DNA of 42,683 nucleotides from Candidatus Saccharimonadia bacterium (lineage in GTDB: Bacteria; Patescibacteriota; Saccharimonadia; Saccharimonadales; UBA4665). The DNA lies in NCBI GenBank assembly GCA_023268595.1, contig JALQUD010000003.1:1-42683 (forward strand). The letters are read 5' to 3'. The position numbers were made by a program, and so were the translations under genes. How positions within the stretch are numbered: position 1 is the first letter of the stretch; every line of letters begins with the position of its first letter. Under the pieces are notes generated by a model. That model did not search any database. It worked only from the letters and a program-made list of their open reading frames with translations, and had not been told where the DNA came from. Below, piece after piece: positions 35,297-42,683 of the stretch.

Positions 35297-36664
35297 ATGG
35301 CCGTCCACACCGCGCCGCTACGCGATGACGTCCGCACACCGGTCCAGACCTACCGCGACCTGGTCAGCCTGCCGGTCAACCGCAACCGGCCGCTCATCAT
35401 GCATATCGACCTCAATTCCTGCTTTGCCACCATCGAGCAGCAGGCTAACCCGCTATTGCGAAACAAACCGATGGGCGTCGGCGCCTACACGCGCGACACC
35501 GGCATAATCCTGGCCGCCAGCTATGACGCCAAACGCCTGGGCATCAAGCTCGGCACCAGCGTGCGGGAGGCCAAACAGATCTACCCAGGCTTCGTGACGC
35601 TGATGCCCGACCCGCCCAAATACCGAGAAGCCCACAAGCGGTTCAGGGAAGTGTTACTGCGCTACACCGACGACGTGGTCGCCAAGTCGATCGATGAGTT
35701 CGTACTCGACTTCCATGGCTCGCTGGCCGTCAAGGCGGGCCGCGACCTGGAAGACATCGGCCACGAGATCAAACAGGCCATCAAGGAGTCGCTGGGCGAA
35801 TACGTCACGGTCAATGTCGGCATCGGCACCAACCGCTTCCTGGCCAAGCTGGCAGCCGGCCTGCACAAGCCTGACGGACTGGACGTCATTACCCACGAGA
35901 ACCTGGAGGCCGTCTACCGCTCGGAAGACCTGCTGGCCCTACCGGGCATCAACCGGCGCTTCAAGGCCCGGTTGCAGGCGGCCGGCATCGGCACGCCGTT
36001 CGACATGTACCAGGCCAGTGGCCGCTACCTCAAAGATTTCGTGTTCTTTAGCAAGCTGGGGCACCAGTGGCACCAACGGCTGCGCGGCTGGGAAGTCGAT
36101 AAGGTGGAGTTCGACCGCAAGTCCATCGGCCACCAGTACGCCCTGGAAAAGCGGACGGCCGACCGTGACGAGATCAAACGGCTGCTGATGAAACTATGCG
36201 AAAAGACCGGCCGGCGGTTGCGGCGGCACGGTTCGGCGGCTTATGGCATCGACCTGTCATTGCGCTACGCCCAAAGCCAGGACCCCGATAACCAGTTCGC
36301 CCGGCCGGCCGGTTTTGGCGGCCACTACAAGTACGACTACTGGCACCAAAGCCATAAGACCGCCCATCCGCTGTATGCCACGCTGGATATCTACCGGGCG
36401 GCCGAACAGCTGCTCGACGGTACGCGCTTCATGGACAAGGTATCGCAACTCAGCGTCACCGTCTTTAACCTGCGGCCCTGCGATCCGGAACAGACCGGCT
36501 TGTTCGATGAAGAACTGCAACGCACCCGGCGGCTCGCCAGCGCCGCCGATATCGTCAACGACCGGTATGGCGAGTTCAGCGTCGTGCCGGCGGTCATGTC
36601 CAATATGAGCAAGACCATCCTGGACCGCGTGGCCTTTGGCAACGTCGACGAGATCGGCGGCTGA
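35297..36664 (+). CDS. dinB: Y-family translesion DNA polymerase (DinB/PolY-like)
   Basis: HIDLNSCFATIE, AASYDAK..G, SIDE, LAKLA..LHKPDG, LPGI; clamp motif QTGLF; DIVNDRYG tail. Confidence 0.92.
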   Translation: MAVHTAPLRDDVRTPVQTYRDLVSLPVNRNRPLIMHIDLNSCFATIEQQANPLLRNKPMGVGAYTRDTGIILAASYDAKRLGIKLGTSVREAKQIYPGFVTLMPDPPKYREAHKRFREVLLRYTDDVVAKSIDEFVLDFHGSLAVKAGRDLEDIGHEIKQAIKESLGEYVTVNVGIGTNRFLAKLAAGLHKPDGLDVITHENLEAVYRSEDLLALPGINRRFKARLQAAGIGTPFDMYQASGRYLKDFVFFSKLGHQWHQRLRGWEVDKVEFDRKSIGHQYALEKRTADRDEIKRLLMKLCEKTGRRLRRHGSAAYGIDLSLRYAQSQDPDNQFARPAGFGGHYKYDYWHQSHKTAHPLYATLDIYRAAEQLLDGTRFMDKVSQLSVTVFNLRPCDPEQTGLFDEELQRTRRLASAADIVNDRYGEFSVVPAVMSNMSKTILDRVAFGNVDEIGG

Positions 36665-36678
36665 TATATACTGACGTA

Positions 36679-37467
36679 ATGATTCGTAAAACCCTACTAT
36701 TGCTAGCAGCTTTGGTCGTCTTCACGGCACTATGCGCCGGCACCGGCCTGGCACTGCTGGCGGCCAGTATCCCGTCGTTGCGCGACGGCTGGCAGGAGCG
36801 GGCCGGCCAACCCGGAGAGTTAGTGTACGTGGCGCTGGGCGATTCGGCCGCACAGGGATTGGGTGCCAGCAGCACCGGCACCAGCTATGTCGGACTGATA
36901 GCCTCGCAGCTGGCCGAGACCACCGGCAAGAAGGTGCGTACCATCAACCTCAGCAAGAATGGCGCTACCGTCAGCGATGTGCTAGCGCAGCAGGTACCAC
37001 AGCTGGAAAAACTGAGCGGCAACCGGAACCCCGACTTAGTGACCCTGGACATCGGTGGTAATGATGTCGTCCACCGCACCCAAGGCAGTGACCGGTTCAG
37101 AAATGACTACGAAGCCGTCTTGCAAGCCTTGCCACCTGGGAAGGCGGTCGTGGCTGACGTGCCATATTTCGGCGGCAGGATCAGAGCTGACGACCGGGTA
37201 CGTCAGGCTAATGACGTCATCGACCGTCTGGCACCGCGATATGATATTCCGGTGGCCAGGTTATACGACACGCTCAAACCACGCCAATCGCCTTGGATCT
37301 ACGCCACTGACCTATTCCACCCGAACGACCGTGGCTACCGGCTGTGGCACCAGGCATTCGCGCCGCATGTCACCACCATCGCACAGGGGACCAGGCCCGG
37401 CGGCCAACCGGTGGACACGGATGACAACCCATCGGCACGGCAGCTATTGCCATCTGTCACATACTGA
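36679..37467 (+). CDS. secreted SGNH/GDSL hydrolase
   Basis: Signal/TM; ALGDS, GGND, DLFHPN..GY; TATACT 6 nt before ATG. Confidence 0.9.
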   Translation: MIRKTLLLLAALVVFTALCAGTGLALLAASIPSLRDGWQERAGQPGELVYVALGDSAAQGLGASSTGTSYVGLIASQLAETTGKKVRTINLSKNGATVSDVLAQQVPQLEKLSGNRNPDLVTLDIGGNDVVHRTQGSDRFRNDYEAVLQALPPGKAVVADVPYFGGRIRADDRVRQANDVIDRLAPRYDIPVARLYDTLKPRQSPWIYATDLFHPNDRGYRLWHQAFAPHVTTIAQGTRPGGQPVDTDDNPSARQLLPSVTY

Positions 37468-37694
37468 ACCCATGATCCAAGCATGTCCAAACTCGTTTGA
37501 CAGAAGCGTTGTATTATTTTCTTGGACTTTGCTGAATTACAGAGTAAGGCGAAAATCGTGCGGCTTGGTAATGCGCATACGGTTTGTTATCGTAGATGAA
37601 GACATGCTTCCGCACGGTTACCGCTAGCCGGCCCGCGACACTACGAATTTCCTGACGGCTCTTCGGACATGTTACGGAAGCCCATACACGACAT

Positions 37695-39455
37695 ATGACA
37701 CAACGCCCAAACAGCAACATCGACGGATTCATATCCAAGAACAATGGCCGGCAGGTCGGTTTCAACGGCTACGGCGGTGCGGTGCGCGGCCGTACCATCA
37801 GTCCACAGACGCGCGTACGGCGGCCAGGCCTGCACGGTTCGGCCACTCCGGCCGCTGCCCCGGTCAACCGCGGCAGCCAATCGTACAGCAGCACCGGGCG
37901 CAGTGGTGTTTCAGCTAACAACAACCCGCTGAACCAGAACGCGCCGCGCCGCGGCATGGCCGGCGATTTCGGAGCAGGCAACAACGCCTTCCCGGACGAT
38001 AGCGGTTCACAACCCCGCCGGCCGTCCACCGGACGCCGTCGTCGTGGCCAGAAACCCGGCAAGGGCCAGCAGCCGCTGTCACGGCGTGCCAAAATCCGCA
38101 AGGTCATGAAGCGCGCCAGCTTCGTAGCCTTAGCGCTATTATTAGTTGGTTCAGGTTGGCTTGGCTGGAAGATATTTCAGAACAGCCAGCGCGTCTTTGG
38201 CGACGGCAACATCCTGGGCTTCCTGAACGCCAGCAAACTGAAAGGCGAAGACCAGGGCCGGACCAATATCCTGCTGGCCGGCGTTTCCACCGACGACGCC
38301 GGACACGACGGCGCCAACCTGACCGACTCCATCATGCTCATCAGCATCGGCACCAAGGACAACAAGGCCTTCATGCTCAGTATCCCGCGCGACCTATGGG
38401 TCGACATACCATCGTATGGCCACAGCAAGATAAATGCCGCCAATGCCTACGGCGACAATGATGGCTATACCCAACCAGGCTATCCGGATGGCGGCATGGG
38501 CCTATTGGAGCAGACCGTGGCAGAGAACTTGGAAATCCCGGTCCATTATTACGCCAAGATCAACTATTCAGCCCTGCGCGACGCCGTCAACGCCGTCGGC
38601 GGGGTGAGCGTCAATATCCAGAGCTCTGACAAGCGCGGCTTGTATGACCCCAACATCAGCAAAGCCGACCAGGGTCCGCTCAAGCTGCCAAACGGCGTAC
38701 AGACACTGGATGGACAGACCGCGCTGAACCTGGCCCGCGCCCGTGGTGACCCCACCAGGGACGGCCGCATAGCTTACGGATACGAGAAGAGTGACTTCAC
38801 CCGCACCCAGAACCAGCGCATGCTTTTGTTGGCGCTCAAGGAAAAGATCGCCAGCAGCAGTACCTTGGCCAACCCGGTCAAACTGAGCGAACTGTTGGAT
38901 ACCATCGGCAAGAATACTAAGACCGATCTGCAGCCGGGTGAGATCCGCCGCCTGTACGACCTCGGCAAGCTGATTAACAGCAACAACATCCAATCCCTGA
39001 GCCTGAACGACGCCAATGGCAAGAACCTGCTGGCCAGCTACACCAGCAGCGATGGCGCTTCGGCGCTGATTCCGGCTGCCGGCCTGGACGACTTCAGCGA
39101 CATACAGCTATACATCAAGAAGGCCATGTCCAACGACAGTTCGGTACAGGAATCGGCCAGCATCGTGGTACTGAACGGTGGCGACATCACCGGACTGGCG
39201 GGCAAATACAGTAATGTCCTGACATCCAAAGGTTTTGACGTCCAGGCGGTCGGAGACTCCGAACCGCAACCAGGCGCCACCAAGATCATCGACACGTCAC
39301 AGGGCAAGAAACCGGCTACCAAGTCCAAGCTGCAATCAATCTTCAAGAACAGCACGGTCTCCACCACCAACGACACCGGTTACGACGCCGATTTCATCAT
39401 CGTGCTCGGCTCGGACCAGAAAGCACCGGCCTCTACCGGCGGTAACGGCAACTAA
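37695..39455 (+). CDS. LCP (LytR-CpsA-Psr) protein with a LytR C-terminal domain
   Basis: TNILLAG, TDSIML, SIPRDLWV, KINAA, ARAR, DFTRTQNQR; VLNGG..GLAG and D..IVLG.D. Confidence 0.92.
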   Translation: MTQRPNSNIDGFISKNNGRQVGFNGYGGAVRGRTISPQTRVRRPGLHGSATPAAAPVNRGSQSYSSTGRSGVSANNNPLNQNAPRRGMAGDFGAGNNAFPDDSGSQPRRPSTGRRRRGQKPGKGQQPLSRRAKIRKVMKRASFVALALLLVGSGWLGWKIFQNSQRVFGDGNILGFLNASKLKGEDQGRTNILLAGVSTDDAGHDGANLTDSIMLISIGTKDNKAFMLSIPRDLWVDIPSYGHSKINAANAYGDNDGYTQPGYPDGGMGLLEQTVAENLEIPVHYYAKINYSALRDAVNAVGGVSVNIQSSDKRGLYDPNISKADQGPLKLPNGVQTLDGQTALNLARARGDPTRDGRIAYGYEKSDFTRTQNQRMLLLALKEKIASSSTLANPVKLSELLDTIGKNTKTDLQPGEIRRLYDLGKLINSNNIQSLSLNDANGKNLLASYTSSDGASALIPAAGLDDFSDIQLYIKKAMSNDSSVQESASIVVLNGGDITGLAGKYSNVLTSKGFDVQAVGDSEPQPGATKIIDTSQGKKPATKSKLQSIFKNSTVSTTNDTGYDADFIIVLGSDQKAPASTGGNGN

Positions 39456-39521
39456 ACCGTCCACCGCAGCACCACGCGGTGCTACAATATCCTGATAAGG
39501 ACAAGTGAGGGGAGACAGCAC

Positions 39522-40214
39522 ATGCAGACGATCCGAATCAACCCGGACGACGACGCGCGGATATACGAAACCGTCGGCCAACGTATCAACCGCGAACTGA
39601 CCGATGGCAAACGGGTCACCTGGCTGGTGTGTGGCGGATCCAACATCCCGTTGATCGTCAAAGCCATGGACCTGGTCGACCCGTCGTTGACGAATGACCT
39701 GACCATCATGCTGACCGATGAACGCTTTGGCGTACCAGGCCACGCCGACTCCAATTGGACCCAGCTGGACGACGCCGGTTTCCAGCCGCACCAGGCCAGC
39801 GTCATCCGCACGCTGCAGCCGGAACTCACCATGGAAGACACCTGCAACGTGTACGCACAAGAGCTACTACGCGCCACCGGGGAGGCCGACATCGTCATCG
39901 CCCACTTTGGCATCGGTGGCGACGGTCACATCGCCGGCATCCTGCCCGGTACCGAAGCCAGCCGCATGGATGGCGACGGCGACCCGTTGGTGACAGGATA
40001 CGACGGCGGCGCCTTCATGCGCGTGACCATGACACCGAAGGCCTGGCAACTGCTTGACGTGGCGTACGCCTGCGCGTTCGGCGACACCAAGCACCAGGCT
40101 ATTGAGCGGCTGGTGTCCCAGGACATAGCGATAGAGGACCAGCCGTCGCAGCTGCTCAAGCGGCTGGATGAAGCTTATCTTTTCACCGACGCACCGGTAC
40201 ATGCCGATATTTGA
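39522..40214 (+). CDS. pgl: 6-phosphogluconolactonase
   Basis: GGS, DER, HADSN, GIGGDGHIAGILP, RVTMT; next to gnd and zwf. Confidence 0.85.
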   Translation: MQTIRINPDDDARIYETVGQRINRELTDGKRVTWLVCGGSNIPLIVKAMDLVDPSLTNDLTIMLTDERFGVPGHADSNWTQLDDAGFQPHQASVIRTLQPELTMEDTCNVYAQELLRATGEADIVIAHFGIGGDGHIAGILPGTEASRMDGDGDPLVTGYDGGAFMRVTMTPKAWQLLDVAYACAFGDTKHQAIERLVSQDIAIEDQPSQLLKRLDEAYLFTDAPVHADI

Positions 40215-40264
40215 CGCGACCACGCCATCACAGAACCAATACGCAATCACAGGAGGGAACTACC

Positions 40265-41188
40265 ATGAAAATCGCAATCCAAGGACTCGGACGTATGGGC
40301 ATGCAGATCGCCCAGAAACTGGCCGACCCGGCATCCGGACACCAGGTCATCGCCCACAACCGCAGCACCGACAAGATTGACCACGCCGTCGGCTTCGGTG
40401 CCGTCGGTGCACCAACCAAGCAGGACGTACTCGACGCCTTCGGCGACGATCAGGTGGTCATCTGGATCATGCTGCCGGCAGACGTCACCGAGCTGGAAAT
40501 CAAAGAATGGCTGGACATCGTACCACCGAACAGCGTGCTGATAGACGGCGGCAACTCGGACTTCCGTAAGACACGCGAACACGCCGAGCTGATCGCCGCC
40601 CACCCCAACAACGTCAATTTCCTGGACATCGGTACCAGCGGTGGCGTATGGGGCTTTGAACGCGGCTTCTGTATGATGGCTGGTGGCAACAAAGAGGGTT
40701 ACGATGCCATGGTGCCGGTCCTGGACACGCTGGCAGCACCGAGTGGCGCCCACGCGCTTTTTGGCAGCCATGGTAACGGCCACTACGTCAAGATGGTCCA
40801 TAACGCCATCGAATATGGCATGATGCAGAGCCTGGCCGAAGGTTACCGCATGCTACGGGAAGGCGCCTACCCGGAAACCGACCTGGCGCTGGCCGGGGAA
40901 GTCTGGCAGCACAGCAGCGTCATCACCAGCTGGCTTAATGAGCTGACGCGCGACGCCATGCGTGAGAACCCGACGCTCGAGGGCATCGACGGTTTCGTAG
41001 CCGAGAACGGCGAAGCCCGCTGGACGCTGGAAGTCGCCAAGGAAAAAGGCATACCGATGCCGGCCATCCAGGCCGCCATGGACGTCCGCATAGCCAGCCA
41101 GCAAGCCGATGGCAGCGGCCGCAACTTTGCCACAAAAGTACTGGCAGCCCAGCGCAACAAGTTTGGCGGCCACGAGCTTAATAAGTAG
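40265..41188 (+). CDS. gnd: 6-phosphogluconate dehydrogenase, decarboxylating (short form)
   Basis: GLGRMG, IDGGNS, GTSGG, KMVHNAIEYG, RNKFGGH; SD AGGAGG supports ATG 40265. Confidence 0.95.
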   Translation: MKIAIQGLGRMGMQIAQKLADPASGHQVIAHNRSTDKIDHAVGFGAVGAPTKQDVLDAFGDDQVVIWIMLPADVTELEIKEWLDIVPPNSVLIDGGNSDFRKTREHAELIAAHPNNVNFLDIGTSGGVWGFERGFCMMAGGNKEGYDAMVPVLDTLAAPSGAHALFGSHGNGHYVKMVHNAIEYGMMQSLAEGYRMLREGAYPETDLALAGEVWQHSSVITSWLNELTRDAMRENPTLEGIDGFVAENGEARWTLEVAKEKGIPMPAIQAAMDVRIASQQADGSGRNFATKVLAAQRNKFGGHELNK

Positions 41189-41244
41189 GCATGGCCCCCA
41201 GAACGCTATACCCTTAGAAACGCTATACAAGGTATACTGATTGT

Positions 41245-42681
41245 ATGATTGACGAAGATTACGAATACGCCGCCACCGACCTGTCCGCACCCGAACCGAC
41301 CATCATCGTGATCTTCGGCATAACCGGCGACCTGGCCAAGCGATACTTACTGCCCTCGTTGTACACCCTGTTCAAGGAAGGGCTGATCCATCCGCAAACC
41401 GAGCTGGTCGGTGTCAGCCGCCGGCCGATCGACACCGAAATCGTCTTTGATGAGCTACGGGCCAGCGTGGAGCGGGCTGGTAAGGAGCTTGATTCGGCGG
41501 TCATCGACCAGATGCGTGAGCGGGCTCATGGCTTCCAGTTGGATATGGACGACCCAGGTGGTTACGATGCGCTGCATAAGGAGCTCAACCGCATCGAAGA
41601 GGCCCAGGGCGTCTGCATGAACCGGTTGTACTACCTGTCGATTCCGCCATCGGCTTACACGAACGTCATCGGCCACATGGGCAATTCACCGCTTAACGGC
41701 GGCTGCCAACACGGCAAAGGCCAGTCACGGCTACTGATTGAGAAGCCTTTCGGTGACGACCTGGCCTCAGCCCGCAAGCTGATCGAGATCACCGCCCAGG
41801 GCTTTGGCGAACACCAGCTGTTCCGCATCGACCATTACCTCGCCAAGGAAACCGCCCAGAATATCAGTACCTTCCGGTTTGAGAACCCGCTGTTCGAGAC
41901 GATCTGGAACAACCGCCATGTGGCCAGCATCGACATCGTGGCCAGCGAAAAGATCGGTGTGGAAGGGCGAGGCAACTTCTACGAGCAACAGGGCGCCTTG
42001 CGTGACTTCATCCAGAACCACCTGCTACAGCTACTGGCCGTGGCTACGATGGACCAGCCGGAACGTTTTGACAGTGACGCCGTGCATGCGGCCAAATTGC
42101 AACTGCTACGTTCCATCAGGCCGATCAGTGCCGACAAGGTCAGCCAACAGACAAGGCGTGGCCAGTACGAAGGCTACAAGCAGGAAGTCGGCAATCCGGA
42201 CTCGCACGTCGAGACCTACGCCCAGATTGAGACATACATCGACACACCGCGCTGGCAGAACGTACCGGTACGCATCCGTACCGGTAAAGCCATGGCCAGC
42301 AAGTTCACCACCGTGACTTTCACGTTCACCGACCGCGACGCCGAAGAACCCGACCTGCCCAACAGCAACCAGCTGCAATTCCGCATCCAACCAAACGAAG
42401 GTATCGCACTCAACCTGCTTGCCAAGAAGCCGGGCTTTGACCACGAGCTACAGCCGGTAGTCATGAACTTTGGCTATGAAGGCAACTTCGGCAGCCAGCC
42501 CGACGCCTATGAGCGTGTGCTACTGGATGCCATCCGCGGCGACCAGACGCTGTTTGCCAGCAGTGACGAGGTGCTGGCGGCCTGGCAGATCGTCGATGAC
42601 GTGGTGCATGCCTGGCAGCAGGACGGCGACGGCCTTATCAGTTACGAATACGAAACCGACATCGATAGCTTGGGAGTCTGA
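41245..42681 (+). CDS. zwf: glucose-6-phosphate 1-dehydrogenase
   Basis: IFGITGDLA, EKPFG, RIDHYLAKE, RDFIQNHLLQ, RTGK, AYERVL. Confidence 0.96.
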   Translation: MIDEDYEYAATDLSAPEPTIIVIFGITGDLAKRYLLPSLYTLFKEGLIHPQTELVGVSRRPIDTEIVFDELRASVERAGKELDSAVIDQMRERAHGFQLDMDDPGGYDALHKELNRIEEAQGVCMNRLYYLSIPPSAYTNVIGHMGNSPLNGGCQHGKGQSRLLIEKPFGDDLASARKLIEITAQGFGEHQLFRIDHYLAKETAQNISTFRFENPLFETIWNNRHVASIDIVASEKIGVEGRGNFYEQQGALRDFIQNHLLQLLAVATMDQPERFDSDAVHAAKLQLLRSIRPISADKVSQQTRRGQYEGYKQEVGNPDSHVETYAQIETYIDTPRWQNVPVRIRTGKAMASKFTTVTFTFTDRDAEEPDLPNSNQLQFRIQPNEGIALNLLAKKPGFDHELQPVVMNFGYEGNFGSQPDAYERVLLDAIRGDQTLFASSDEVLAAWQIVDDVVHAWQQDGDGLISYEYETDIDSLGV

Positions 42682-42683
42682 GC

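Noticed and set aside
37527..37640. GCTGAAT start resembling a c-di-AMP (ydaO) riboswitch before a cell-wall gene
   Set aside because: The second symmetric half and the CCCGAACCCG/GCTAAC elements are absent.
1..42683. Prophage, IS, integron, retron, CRISPR-Cas or known defence system
   Set aside because: I recognised no integrase, transposase, reverse transcriptase, Cas, nuclease or phage structural motif, and no repeat-spacer array.

Overview
GC-rich chromosomal window with about 37 protein-coding genes. I recognised no rRNA, tRNA, CRISPR array, integrase or transposase. It probably comes from a Patescibacteria/Saccharibacteria-type genome. This is inference, based on many leaderless genes, an RlmD-like methyltransferase without its Fe-S cysteines, and a class F sortase plus LCP protein. 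Left to right: 3' end of a class III Fic protein; VOC, SDR and hydrolase genes; a class F sortase next to a beta-propeller with a VPNTG sorting signal; a three-gene PAS-HK/RR/REC-HK phosphorelay; a LysR gene divergent from ino1; a MacB/FtsX-type ABC transporter; ABC-F; a second PAS kinase; rlmD-like; a deacetylase-GT2 fusion; a Y-family DNA polymerase; an SGNH hydrolase; LCP; and pgl, gnd, zwf. The best candidate for an undescribed system is a pair of homologous 88-aa proteins (29861-30127, 35028-35294), the second lying 2 nt upstream of the Y-family polymerase. Each has a 240-280 nt 5' leader starting TATAAT-N7-AGCCATGTG. The two leaders share a hairpin (AGCCATGTG...GCCG-NNNA-CGGC...CATGCAGGCT) and can form mutually exclusive helices. 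In leader A these include a perfect 13-bp anti-SD/anti-start-codon pairing. This looks like a cis-regulatory RNA switch on a mutagenesis cassette. All family calls come from motif recognition by eye; no searches were run.
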